NCBI GenBank assembly: GCA_045639325.1
Contig: JAZUCU010000002.1
Coordinates: 21,287 to 85,286 of the forward strand
From: Victivallales bacterium
GTDB lineage: Bacteria > Verrucomicrobiota > Lentisphaeria > Victivallales > UBA1829
Length of the DNA: 64,000 nucleotides
Reading direction: 5' to 3'
Of the stretch, positions 10,538 through 19,932 are shown one piece after another. The notes under the pieces are model-generated. The model searched no databases, was not told the origin of the DNA, and saw only the letters and a program-made list of their open reading frames with translations. Numbering within the stretch: position 1 is the first letter of the stretch; every line of letters starts with the position of its first letter. The position numbers were made by a program, and so were the translations under genes.

Positions 10538-11295
10538 GGTTGATATTCCTTCCCGGTCTTTTCTTTCAAAACGCTCTGTACATCCTTATTCTGAAACAAC
10601 GGCTGAAACACAGGGTCCCACTTAATACCTTTCAGTAGGGCAGGGGGGGTCTTCTTTAATAAGGAAAGGAAAAGTTTCAGCGAGTCTTCTTTTCTTCCGG
10701 CACGCAAATATAATCCGGCGAGATTCCATTCTGATTTCTCAATTGAGCCGCCGCTGTATTGGATCGATTTCTCCATATTCCGGATGGCATCAATATATTT
10801 CCCCTGCATTGCCTGACTCATCGCAAGGTCATTATAGATTACTGCGGAACGGGACTGCCCCAATTTCAATGATGTAATATAATATCGTTCCGCTTCCGCA
10901 TATTGCTTGCTGGCAAAAAGCGTATTTCCCAACAGACGGGCAACCAATGCCGATTGGGGATAATACAAATGCAAGGTACGCAAGAGATTTTCCGCTTCTT
11001 TATACTCTTTCAAATCATAATGATCCATACTTTTCAGAACCGTTTTACCAAACAACGGCGGGATCACCATGCCATCATTGCTCTGGGATTCGGTGGGGAT
11101 AACTTTATGAAAATATAATGAGTCAGAATGCTCCGAACTATCCAAAATTTCGGCCTCTGCAACTTTTTTTTCAGTAGGGGAGGGGAGGAGGACATCCTGC
11201 ATCGACATCAACACAAGTGACATTAACACAATGCAAATCAGGATGATAATCAATGCAGTCAGCGGAAACTTCTGTTCGTTCTCGTTATTACCCAT
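10534..11295 (-). CDS. Membrane-anchored TPR protein
   Basis: N-terminal hydrophobic helix followed by TPR-like repeats (LLGNTLFASKQYAEAERYY, NDLAMSQAMQGKYIDAI). Confidence 0.75.
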   Translation of the reverse strand: MGNNENEQKFPLTALIIILICIVLMSLVLMSMQDVLLPSPTEKKVAEAEILDSSEHSDSLYFHKVIPTESQSNDGMVIPPLFGKTVLKSMDHYDLKEYKEAENLLRTLHLYYPQSALVARLLGNTLFASKQYAEAERYYITSLKLGQSRSAVIYNDLAMSQAMQGKYIDAIRNMEKSIQYSGGSIEKSEWNLAGLYLRAGRKEDSLKLFLSLLKKTPPALLKGIKWDPVFQPLFQNKDVQSVLKEKTGKEYQP

Positions 11296-11297
11296 AA

Positions 11298-12311
11298 TCA
11301 GGCATCCTGTTTTTGTTTGCAAAAATGACACGCACAGAAGTGACCGTTATCAACATCTGCCAACGGCGGACAGCACTCTTTACAACGCTTCTGATCTTCT
11401 GCCGATAACGTCAACGCATGATCACAGCGGTCATAAAAACGACATCCATTACTGAAATTTTCCGGGGCAGGGACCATGCCGCGAATCGTCTGAAGTCTTT
11501 CTTCTGAACCGTTTAACACCGGAATTGCCGCAATCAGAGATTTTGTGTACGGGTGAGCAGGGTGATACAGCAACTCTTCCACTCCGGCAGTTTCTACAAT
11601 CTGCCCTGCATACATCACCGCAACCCGGTCAGCCAACTGAGCAACAATTCCAAGGTTATGCGTCACAAGAATTACGGACATCTTCCGTTCTTTCTGCAAC
11701 GAAGCAATCAACTCCAGAATCTGAGCCTGAATTGTCACATCCAAAGCCGTAGTCGGTTCGTCTGCAATCAGAATGGAAGGACTGCTTGCCAATGCCATTG
11801 CAATCATCACACGTTGTTGCATGCCGCCGGAAAGTTCATGCGGATAACGATTTACACGATTTTCAGCATCCGGAATACCAACGTGTTTCAGTAAGGCAAT
11901 CGCTTCTGCTTTACGGTCTGTAATCTCCGGACGATGCAATTTCAATGCTTCCGCAATCTGATCTCCAATGCGGAATACAGGATTCAAACTCATTCCCGGT
12001 TCCTGGAAAATATAGGAGATTTCGCCGCCGCGAATCTGGCGCAATTCGGATTCTTTTAATTGCAGAACATCAACCGTTTCATTATCTTTGCGGCGTTTCA
12101 GTAAAATCTCACCTTTTGAAATGCGCCCCGGAGGGCAGGGAAGCAATCGGGCAAGAGAAAGACAACTGATGCTTTTACCACAGCCGCTCTCACCAACCAA
12201 CGCAAGTAATTCGCCTTCATTTAATTGAAAGCTGATTCCGGACACAGCCTGAGTGTATTTGCCTCCGTTGAGGAATTCTATGGTCAAATCGCGCACTTCC
12301 AATATCGGCAT
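11298..12311 (-). CDS. Oligopeptide/dipeptide ABC transporter ATPase (OppD/DppD-like)
   Basis: [35 protein letters not shown] and a Cys-rich tail. Start placed at MPILEV. Confidence 0.92.
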   Translation of the reverse strand: MPILEVRDLTIEFLNGGKYTQAVSGISFQLNEGELLALVGESGCGKSISCLSLARLLPCPPGRISKGEILLKRRKDNETVDVLQLKESELRQIRGGEISYIFQEPGMSLNPVFRIGDQIAEALKLHRPEITDRKAEAIALLKHVGIPDAENRVNRYPHELSGGMQQRVMIAMALASSPSILIADEPTTALDVTIQAQILELIASLQKERKMSVILVTHNLGIVAQLADRVAVMYAGQIVETAGVEELLYHPAHPYTKSLIAAIPVLNGSEERLQTIRGMVPAPENFSNGCRFYDRCDHALTLSAEDQKRCKECCPPLADVDNGHFCACHFCKQKQDA

Positions 12312-12699
12312 AAAGATGTTATCCTTTCCTTCGTCGGTCTTCAGATTTATGGTACTATACACCTGCCCTTGAATTTTATCAAGTCATCTTCTTATTAATA
12401 TTTAAAAAAGATGTTGCATATTTCACTCTCATTCCATCATCACCCCTGCACCATTTTTTAATATTGATTCTCATTTTTTCCATTTTTTCATTGGCAGCAA
12501 TCCATCTATTAAAAAGGATTATAACGACATCAAAAACAGAGAATGCCGATTTTGCCATCTGTGACCTGGATGACGTCAAACCGGTTGATAAGTGTTGATA
12601 TTTATCAATAAGTTATTAACATCACCTTTATGAGTATTTATAATCCATTGCTATATAATGAACTATAAATTAACAACCTCCCCTGTTGGCACATATGCG

Positions 12700-12727
12700 A
12701 CTTAACATAATATATATTATGCGACGT
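12700..12727 (-). other. dif: Chromosomal dif site (XerC/XerD recombination site)
   Basis: The - strand reads ACGTCGCATAA-TATATA-TTATGTTAAGT (11-6-11), versus E. coli dif GGTGCGCATAA-TGTATA-TTATGTTAAAT. KOPS polarity inverts around it. Confidence 0.93.
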
Positions 12728-12850
12728 AATGAATTCTCATAAAACACCCCGTAGAGCCACGAAAGGTAATGACCCGATCAAGAACCCGGAAGATGGAATA
12801 TCAGCGGTCAGAGACGTGTATTATGCAGTTTCGTTTTTTACCAATTTCAA
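12716..12850 (+). repeat. 135-bp direct repeat, copy 1 (begins with the XerC arm)
   Basis: 132/135 identical to 21626-21760 by manual alignment. Confidence 0.97.
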
Positions 12851-12891
12851 AAAAGAAATGATAAAAATTAAAAAAACTGATTAAGGTCTAT

Positions 12892-12960
12892 CCCCGGGAA
12901 ACTTTTTCCGGATCATGCAGCACTCAACCGTGTGCATGGATCCGGAGCCGTTTCCCGGGG
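12892..12960. other. Long imperfect hairpin downstream of the pIV-like gene (candidate packaging signal or terminator)
   Basis: ccccgggaaac pairs with gtttcccgggg. Inner tccggatcatgca pairs with tgcatggatccgga (one bulge). Confidence 0.6.
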
Positions 12961-12973
12961 TCCCAATCAGTTA

Positions 12974-14242
12974 TTATTTATCAGATTTCTTTTTTGGAAT
13001 AAAATCAGGATCAACAATTCTGTTATGGATAGATTGCGGATCATTATAAGGGTTTTTGAAGTCTAGTTTAAAAACCCGACAGTATACTTGCATATTAGTA
13101 AGTTCTGATTTCTTGCCAAGGGTTAATACATCACTAATCGATGTTGTACCTGAATCTCTCCGTAACTCTCCAATAAGATATATTTGGCCAGGGATGACAT
13201 TACAATCGGTAATAAGGGATGCTTTCTGGGTTTGAGGATAATAATCGACGTATCCGACGATCGAAGAATCTTCTAAATTAGTTCGTAAAATAGCACCATT
13301 AGAAGATTCCTGCAGGAGGACTTTGAGAGTTAACCCTATGTCTTTATAATCAACTCCTGTTGTAGTTACGGTTCCGGAATCTGATACTGTTTTACGGGGT
13401 ATAGGTACAGTCGTTGCATCCGTCCAAGTACTTTCTTTATTAGCTAACATCATAAGCAAAGGTGAAGCTACTACATGAATAAAAGAGGAATTGCCATTGA
13501 GTATCAATTTGAAATTTTGACCAATGTCTTGAAAGTCACCTGTGACGCCCTGCCCTTTTGCTATATTATAGGAAAGTTCACCAGAAGTTACTACTTGAGC
13601 GCCACCAGTAAGTTCTATATTATTTTTTTTTAGGAGAATAAAATACTGAACAATCCAAGTATCAGGAGAAGCATTGTCTAAAATGTCTAGTAAGGATTGA
13701 ATTTTAGAAAGATTCTCAGCTGTATCAGAAATAAGAATTAGATCAGCTATTTGTTTGATTTTACCTGTCTCAGAAAGATAAATCTGAAGTGAATCAGATA
13801 AAGTTTTCGAATCAAAATTTTTAATTTGTCTAGCTAAAATACCTCTATCGTCTTTTGTGAGTTTACCAAGAAATACAGTATTTCCTATATATACAACAGA
13901 TTGATCAAGACGACGAGCAACAGTAGATATTATTTCTGAAGCTGTAGCATTTTTGAATTCTCCAGTTACAAAATTCTTTTCAAGATCCTGAGGAAAGATA
14001 ACGCCTAAATTAGTTGAGTCAGAGAACCATCTAATGAAAGATAAAAAAGGCATCTTATTTAGTGATACTGATATTGTTTTGCGTTTTGAAACAGAATTAG
14101 AAGATATTTTTGTATCTGAAGAAGGAATGCGATATAATTCAATAAAGGGATCATTGATAGATTGGCTGCATCCGGATAATAGAACCGTCACTAAGAGTGT
14201 AAGAGCGATTATAAGTGTCGATAAAAACAACTTTTTTACCAT
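12974..14242 (-). CDS. Phage secretin (pIV-like; type II/III secretin family)
   Basis: Lipoprotein-like signal (LLSGC), N-domain pattern, and the secretin-like segment PIPRKTVSDSGTVTTTGVDYKDIGLTLKV. Lies directly after the Zot-like gene. Confidence 0.8.
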   Translation of the reverse strand: MVKKLFLSTLIIALTLLVTVLLSGCSQSINDPFIELYRIPSSDTKISSNSVSKRKTISVSLNKMPFLSFIRWFSDSTNLGVIFPQDLEKNFVTGEFKNATASEIISTVARRLDQSVVYIGNTVFLGKLTKDDRGILARQIKNFDSKTLSDSLQIYLSETGKIKQIADLILISDTAENLSKIQSLLDILDNASPDTWIVQYFILLKKNNIELTGGAQVVTSGELSYNIAKGQGVTGDFQDIGQNFKLILNGNSSFIHVVASPLLMMLANKESTWTDATTVPIPRKTVSDSGTVTTTGVDYKDIGLTLKVLLQESSNGAILRTNLEDSSIVGYVDYYPQTQKASLITDCNVIPGQIYLIGELRRDSGTTSISDVLTLGKKSELTNMQVYCRVFKLDFKNPYNDPQSIHNRIVDPDFIPKKKSDK

Positions 14243-15422
14243 AAAAGAGGGATCCTTTGTTTGAAAATTGAAAACCTACACCAAATTTAAGACCTCCAAG
14301 GGTCTCAACATAATTATTGGATATCATTACTGGAGATAATAATAATAAAGCATCTTTAACATCTTGATCTTTAGAAGATTCGTTAGCCTTTTTGGGTTGA
14401 ACAGTAGAAGATTTAGGTTGCTCAGGGCTTGATGATCTAGAAGAAACAATACTGGAAGACGGTGACTTTTTAGATGATACAGAAGTTATAAAAAAAGAAA
14501 GTAAGTAATTTAAACCGCCAAACAATAAAACCCAAGATAAAAATATAATCAAAAGGGAGCGTAAAAAAATAGTATAGAAGTTCTTACGAATAAACCAGAG
14601 AAGCAACCCCAATCGAGAATACTTTTGATATTCGTATAACGGAGATCTGTTCTCATCTATATTTTGGGTTGAATTCTCTTTTTCTTGATGTGAAGCAGAA
14701 AAAGAATTGTAAAATCTAAAATATTCTGGAATAATAAAGAATCGCCTTGAATAATTGATTTTCCAGCGTCCAGAACCTGTTTTTTTCTTCTCAATTTGAA
14801 ATACCGTTTTATGGAAATCACCAGTAAAAGAAGCTTTGAGTTGATACCAATCATACATTAATATCTTGAAAAAAGGATCACGAGTATGGTCTGCAGGATA
14901 TATTTCATAGCGTAAACCAGCACGGTTAACAAGACAAGAATGGACAGCTTTAAGATCCTGAGTTAAACCTTCAAATGTGCAGCCTCGATGACGAATCTGT
15001 CCAAGAAATTCATCCCATTTATCAATATAATCTTGACTTTTAGAAAATGAAATAATTTCATGGATTTCGTCAATTGCAATATGTGCGCCTTTAAGATCAG
15101 TATCTGAAAAGTAATCCCACGGACCGGATGTTTGATTACGCCAAGATACAAGAACATCATCAGGAATTATATATATACGTTTCTTAATATCGTCAATAGT
15201 TAGAGTCTTTTGAGATTTAATGAAACGAGACAAGAATGTTTTAGATGTAGAGTTTTTTCGGGTATAAACTTCTTCAGCAATTGCATCGACATTCAAAGGA
15301 AAATTAGATATATGAATTCCGTCAGAATTGACAAGAAATTCATCAACAAGAAAACGCGCAGCGCGGATATAAGATTTACCTGCCCCAGGTTCACCAGTAG
15401 TGATACAAATTACGGAAGCCAT
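14151..15422 (-). CDS. zot: Zot/pI-like morphogenesis ATPase
   Basis: Walker A TGEPGAGKS at the N-terminus, Walker B HIAIDEIH, RHRG..TQ motif, single C-terminal TM. Confidence 0.9.
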   Translation of the reverse strand: MASVICITTGEPGAGKSYIRAARFLVDEFLVNSDGIHISNFPLNVDAIAEEVYTRKNSTSKTFLSRFIKSQKTLTIDDIKKRIYIIPDDVLVSWRNQTSGPWDYFSDTDLKGAHIAIDEIHEIISFSKSQDYIDKWDEFLGQIRHRGCTFEGLTQDLKAVHSCLVNRAGLRYEIYPADHTRDPFFKILMYDWYQLKASFTGDFHKTVFQIEKKKTGSGRWKINYSRRFFIIPEYFRFYNSFSASHQEKENSTQNIDENRSPLYEYQKYSRLGLLLWFIRKNFYTIFLRSLLIIFLSWVLLFGGLNYLLSFFITSVSSKKSPSSSIVSSRSSSPEQPKSSTVQPKKANESSKDQDVKDALLLLSPVMISNNYVETLGGLKFGVGFQFSNKGSLFYGKKVVFIDTYNRSYTLSDGSIIRMQPIYQ

Positions 15423-15426
15423 TACA

Positions 15427-15852
15427 TTACCCCACTGTAGGTATAAAGAGTTTTATAATTAGTTTAACAGTTATCATTACCACAATAAAAACAAAATAAG
15501 AAGAAAGTAATGTTAAACAAGTATCAAGACCAAACCATTCACCAAAATAAGACAAATATGGCTCAATTTTTGAATAATGGGATGAAAATAATTCTTTAAA
15601 ATCAGGGATAAGTTCAAGAACAGATCCTATTGTTTTGTCAAACCATTCAGTACATGCACAAGTAACAGAGTTATATATAGATAGAAGCCCCTGCCAGAGC
15701 CAATTGAAAAAATCTAGATATAAATCAACGAACCAATCCCATATTTGCTTAAAAAAATTGAATATTGAATTAAAAAAATCAACAATATTTTGAAAAAAAT
15801 TTTTAATTTGGGAGACTAACCAATTATATATATTTTCAAGAAACTGAAACAT
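15427..15852 (-). CDS. pVI-like minor coat protein
   Basis: 141-aa amphipathic W/F-rich protein with a C-terminal TM (IVMITVKLIIKLFIP), positioned between the pIII-like and Zot-like genes. Confidence 0.7.
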   Translation of the reverse strand: MFQFLENIYNWLVSQIKNFFQNIVDFFNSIFNFFKQIWDWFVDLYLDFFNWLWQGLLSIYNSVTCACTEWFDKTIGSVLELIPDFKELFSSHYSKIEPYLSYFGEWFGLDTCLTLLSSYFVFIVVMITVKLIIKLFIPTVG

Positions 15853-15855
15853 AAA

Positions 15856-17919
15856 TCACCATTGACGAAGGGTTCGAATAAAAAGAAAAGAGAAAGATAA
15901 AACCCAAAACACAGAAAAGAGAGCATGAGAAATCTCTTTAGCAGATTGAACCGTTGCTGCATGTGAACCACCGTTTAAATCAAGACTAAAAGAGAAATCA
16001 AAAAAATCTGTTGTTAATGGTATATCAAGAATAAGAGGTTGATAAGAAGGATTAGTTGCTTTCGGTAATTTATCAAGAGCAGTTTTAATTTTTTCAGAAT
16101 TACTTGATAATTTATCAGTAGGAATAGATTTAGACGAATCTATAGGACCGATTTGAGTTTTATATTTGGTCGGATCTGCAACTTTAGGAACATTGAGGGA
16201 ATTACTTGTAGTAGAAGGCTGCCCCTGGGGCTGAACGTTGGTATTTAATTCCTTGAGGGTTTTATTAATTTCTGAAACCTGCGTATCTATATTTTTAACA
16301 GATTTAGAAGATTCTTCATTAGTTGTTTTGATCGCAGTTACATCAGATTTTATATCTTTGGATACTTTAAAAAAATCCTCATTTATTGTTTTGATTGAAG
16401 ATACGTCAGTTTTAAGATCCAAAACATTATTTGATAGGGTGCCAAGATCAGATTGCACTTCAGTCATTTTGTTAGCAATAGCTTTATTCGAGGAATCAAT
16501 GGATTCTGAATATTCTTTAATCTGAGTAGTATTAGAACGTATTTGAATTGTATCATCTTTAATATCAGATAAATTAGTTTTAATATGATTTGTGTTAGAG
16601 TTAATTAATTCTATCTGCTCAAATATATCATCAGACTTTGTTTTAAGATAATTGGAATTAGACTTTAAATCAGAAACAAAATCTTCAATATTAGATGTAT
16701 TGGATTTAATTGAATTAAGAGGGGATAAAAGGGAAGAAAAATCAAATTTTAAAGGACCAGACAAAAGAGTGTATAGATTATTTTGATTATTAATAATTTC
16801 TGCACTATTAGAATAAAGTGCATCAATCAATGTTTGAGAATTGGATTTTATTTCACGAAATAGATAGTCAAGATCCGGATAGATTTCATGACGAAACTCA
16901 CTTAAAAATTCTTTAATCAAGATTACATTATCATCGATATAACCGGCCGATTCAATAAGTTTAGATATATTATCATTTGTTTGAGATAAATGATTATTAA
17001 TTGATTTGTTAAATTCATCCTGTTGAGTAATAAAACCTTTTATTGTATTATCAATATTCTGCAAAAGAACATTAGCATTTTGTTGAGCTTGAACAAGCTC
17101 ATTAAAATCAGCTTCAACATTAACAGTAATATTGGCTCCGTTCTGTTGAGTCCAAACATTCCAAGGACCAGAAGGACCATTAGAGGCATTACCAACAGCG
17201 GTACAAATGTGCAACCCATGAGTTGAACAATAGGTTGATTTACAGGTAGAACATGAAGTTGTAGAACAATCAGGACGCGAAGGACATTTATTGTCTCCGC
17301 AAGTATGACCGCAAATTTTACAATAAATGGAATTGCATAAATTACAAGTTTGAATAGCTTGATTAGTAGCTGCAGCGTAAGAATTATACGCAGATTCATT
17401 ATCAGAACAAAAAGTATGCATATTGTGGGTACAATATTGTGAATGATAAGTATGTGCATAATGCTGAGAATGAACATAGCAATAAGTTGTTTTGCAGTAA
17501 GGACAAGTTAGAGACTGACATTCAGAAGTAGAAGGACAAAAAGCGCCCAAGGAAACAGAATAATTGCATGAAATACCACCACGCAAAAGAAAACTGAACC
17601 TAACAGTAACTACTCCTGCAGGAATAACAGCACTATAAGTACCTCCACTAAAGTCTATAGGTTGCTGATTATAAGATCCAGTTGAATATACTGATCCATT
17701 TAATAGAATTTCGATACGAGTAGTGGAATTATAACCACCTAAACCACCTGGAGAACTTATGGCACATTCAACAACAGTTGGTTTATCAAGATTAAAACTT
17801 TGAGAATATAATACACTAAAATTTTGATATGATCCCTTAGCGGTCACAGAATCACCAAAAAGATTTGATGCAACGAATAAAAAAGAAAAGATCAAAGAAT
17901 TAAACAAAAATTTAGTCAT
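15856..17919 (-). CDS. pIII-like attachment protein (signal peptide, Cys/His-rich repeats, coiled coil, C-terminal anchor)
   Basis: Largest structural gene, downstream of the coat gene. N-terminal signal; C-terminal TM ending IRTLRQW. ATG 17919 overlaps the upstream TGA. Confidence 0.75.
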   Translation of the reverse strand: MTKFLFNSLIFSFLFVASNLFGDSVTAKGSYQNFSVLYSQSFNLDKPTVVECAISSPGGLGGYNSTTRIEILLNGSVYSTGSYNQQPIDFSGGTYSAVIPAGVVTVRFSFLLRGGISCNYSVSLGAFCPSTSECQSLTCPYCKTTYCYVHSQHYAHTYHSQYCTHNMHTFCSDNESAYNSYAAATNQAIQTCNLCNSIYCKICGHTCGDNKCPSRPDCSTTSCSTCKSTYCSTHGLHICTAVGNASNGPSGPWNVWTQQNGANITVNVEADFNELVQAQQNANVLLQNIDNTIKGFITQQDEFNKSINNHLSQTNDNISKLIESAGYIDDNVILIKEFLSEFRHEIYPDLDYLFREIKSNSQTLIDALYSNSAEIINNQNNLYTLLSGPLKFDFSSLLSPLNSIKSNTSNIEDFVSDLKSNSNYLKTKSDDIFEQIELINSNTNHIKTNLSDIKDDTIQIRSNTTQIKEYSESIDSSNKAIANKMTEVQSDLGTLSNNVLDLKTDVSSIKTINEDFFKVSKDIKSDVTAIKTTNEESSKSVKNIDTQVSEINKTLKELNTNVQPQGQPSTTSNSLNVPKVADPTKYKTQIGPIDSSKSIPTDKLSSNSEKIKTALDKLPKATNPSYQPLILDIPLTTDFFDFSFSLDLNGGSHAATVQSAKEISHALFSVFWVLSFSFLFIRTLRQW

Positions 17920-18068
17920 CAAATCAAATCCCTTTGGTTTTTAGTATGAATCATTAGTTTGACGAGAAGAATTCCAGAACAAAAAGCTGAGGAAATACAT
18001 AACACTTTTGCATAAAATAATAATTCTTTCAATGTATTGATTATTATAATAGTGTCAGAAGATGTCAT
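17919..18068 (-). CDS. 49-aa hydrophobic phage protein (minor coat candidate; not in the ORF track)
   Basis: MTSSDTIIIINTLKELLFYAKVLCISSAFCSGILLVKLMIHTKNQRDLI*. Has a GAGG SD and is TGATG-coupled to pIII. Confidence 0.65.
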   Translation of the reverse strand: MTSSDTIIIINTLKELLFYAKVLCISSAFCSGILLVKLMIHTKNQRDLI

Positions 18069-18102
18069 ATATTACCTCAGGGGGAACACGATCCGTTACT
18101 GA

Positions 18103-18345
18103 TTAACCACGAACACCACCGGCAAGCCAAGATTTGGCAATCTTGACAATCTTGAAGCCAGCCCAAATGGTAAGAGCAACAGCAACAACGCTACCAAGGG
18201 CGGTAGCCATTCCCTGCATAAGTCCAGTCAAATTGACACCTTCAGGAAGCTGTACTTCAACATTTCCTTCAGCAGCAAAACCAGAGACAGCAGCAAGACC
18301 TGCAGCTACAGCAATGTTGGTTTTAGTAAGGGCGGAAGCAGCCAT
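18103..18345 (-). CDS. Major coat protein (pVIII-like)
   Basis: Leader ending GFA|AEGN (M13 pVIII: SFA|AEGD), acidic N-region, TM helix and basic C-terminus KIVKIAKSWL. The strong SD sits at an out-of-frame ATG 18382 (see findings). Confidence 0.88.
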   Translation of the reverse strand: MAASALTKTNIAVAAGLAAVSGFAAEGNVEVQLPEGVNLTGLMQGMATALGSVVAVALTIWAGFKIVKIAKSWLAGGVRG

Positions 18346-18436
18346 GTTTTTAGCTGCACAACAAATTTTTTTTGGAATCCATAGTATTTTCTCCTGTTTC
18401 CAAATTGATTAATTGTTCCCGATGCAAGTGCAGCTG

Positions 18437-18559
18437 TCACTTCCAGTCGCAGAACTCCTTAAAGTGGGTAAGACCCCACACGAATATATAAGTCATAATA
18501 GCGTAGACAACACCACGCCAAAAAAGAAAAACAAAATATTCCCAAGGTGAAGACGTCAT
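18437..18559 (-). CDS. 40-aa hydrophobic phage protein (pVII/pIX-like candidate; not in the ORF track)
   Basis: MTSSPWEYFVFLFWRGVVYAIMTYIFVWGLTHFKEFCDWK*. TAATG-coupled to the upstream ORF and located just before the major coat gene. Confidence 0.65.
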   Translation of the reverse strand: MTSSPWEYFVFLFWRGVVYAIMTYIFVWGLTHFKEFCDWK

Positions 18560-18843
18560 TATTCAGACCCCCCATCGAGAAAAAAAGAATCGCGACCTAG
18601 AGCATAATGTATATTTTTAATATATAAATGCTTTGGTAAATCTTTCTGATTAACGGACTGCTGCAAAATTAGAAGACGTTGCTTTAATTCTTCATTTTCA
18701 CGCATAAGGAAAGTCATACGGTTGAGAAGATCATAATAACGATGAATGAGACAATATATAGCGCCTGTCAAAGTTTTATGTCTGAAAGACTTTTTTAGTT
18801 TATCGGAAAGTTCCGGATCAAAATTTTTGATAAATAAAGTCAT
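18559..18843 (-). CDS. Small phage protein, possible Arc/ribbon-helix-helix DNA binder with a coiled coil
   Basis: MTLFIKNFDPELSDKLKK resembles the xLxIRNLDxELxxxLK RHH pattern. ATGA overlap with rep. Confidence 0.45.
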   Translation of the reverse strand: MTLFIKNFDPELSDKLKKSFRHKTLTGAIYCLIHRYYDLLNRMTFLMRENEELKQRLLILQQSVNQKDLPKHLYIKNIHYALGRDSFFLDGGSE

Positions 18844-19916
18844 TGCTGCACCGCCCTACCCTGCAGACCGAAAGCTTGCAATATTGAATTTCGGAGAACA
18901 TTATACTTAACGAGAAATTGACCACGGTATACAGAAGAAGGAGTTTCGAGGTTGAAACTTGATGCTTTTGTTTGTATAAGTTTCTTGTAGCGCTTTTTTG
19001 TAGTAGATGGCAGACAATTCAGAGTATTATCAAGACCGTAATTCATAGCATTTTTAAGAATCAGATCAAGACACCAGTCACCGGATGAAATGCCATCCGA
19101 ATAAAAGGAAAGCCGTTCAAACACTTTACCGAATTTATCAAATGGCGTTTCAAAAATGGAAAAAGGATCTTTAATTTCCAGCTCAATACGCCAAAGATCA
19201 CCCTGAACATCATGGCCCTTAACTTTCCGTAATTGAGTAGCTTTATCATAAATTCGAAACATATATTTACTGGCGCGGGAACCAAAATATAGAGTCTCAG
19301 TACCTTGCGAGCCATAAGCAAGGAAACCTTTACGCATCTTGTCACAATGAATAAGTTCGGGAACGATCTTATAAGGGTAATCAATCGCAATATCAATACG
19401 AGAAACCCGAATAAAACTCGAATAAAGGTTTGAACGGCATAATGTAGAAAGAAGAGGATTCAGAAAAGAAATATCTGTAAAATTAGGATTCCATTCTATT
19501 CTAAATCCATATTGTGAAGGAATATAATTATCAATGAACCCTTGCTCTTTCTCTTCTGCTGAACCAAAAGCCATAATATAAGACTCATCTGTGATTCTTT
19601 TTCGTACTGGAGATGTACAACCAAATTGTATATCGACCATATCATCTAAAGAAGAAGGAGAAAGAACCCGGTAATGATGCAGAAATAAATCTGATCGGAC
19701 GCCTTGAGGAAAATCCGGATCAAGAGCAATATTGAAAGATTGAAGCATCGTTTCAAATACTGAAGTAAAACGATCGATCTTATTCATACGCTTTATATAT
19801 CCCTCGTCTTTAGCCCATACACTCAGATGTGGACATTCAATCAATAAAGTAATTCTATCAATCGAAAGAGAACCAGAACAAGGCAAGAAGTCAGTAATCC
19901 CGCAATTATCTGACAT
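18840..19916 (-). CDS. Rolling-circle replication initiator, Rep_trans (pT181/RstA-like) family
   Basis: SRIDIAIDY, GTETLYFGSRAS, RIYDK, WRIELE. Confidence 0.88.
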   Translation of the reverse strand: MSDNCGITDFLPCSGSLSIDRITLLIECPHLSVWAKDEGYIKRMNKIDRFTSVFETMLQSFNIALDPDFPQGVRSDLFLHHYRVLSPSSLDDMVDIQFGCTSPVRKRITDESYIMAFGSAEEKEQGFIDNYIPSQYGFRIEWNPNFTDISFLNPLLSTLCRSNLYSSFIRVSRIDIAIDYPYKIVPELIHCDKMRKGFLAYGSQGTETLYFGSRASKYMFRIYDKATQLRKVKGHDVQGDLWRIELEIKDPFSIFETPFDKFGKVFERLSFYSDGISSGDWCLDLILKNAMNYGLDNTLNCLPSTTKKRYKKLIQTKASSFNLETPSSVYRGQFLVKYNVLRNSILQAFGLQGRAVQQ

Positions 19917-19932
19917 GTTACCCCTTTACAGC

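Noticed and set aside
12379-12579. 66-aa ORF between oppD and dif, and ORFs 21050-21791 across the right att region
   Set aside because: No SD or motifs. They overlap promoter, dif and att structures that explain the sequence better.
12815-12841. Second dif-like site inside the 135-bp repeat (cgtgta-ttatgcagttt)
   Set aside because: Only TTATGC matches the XerC arm and there is no XerD arm. It could be a decayed older junction but cannot be supported.
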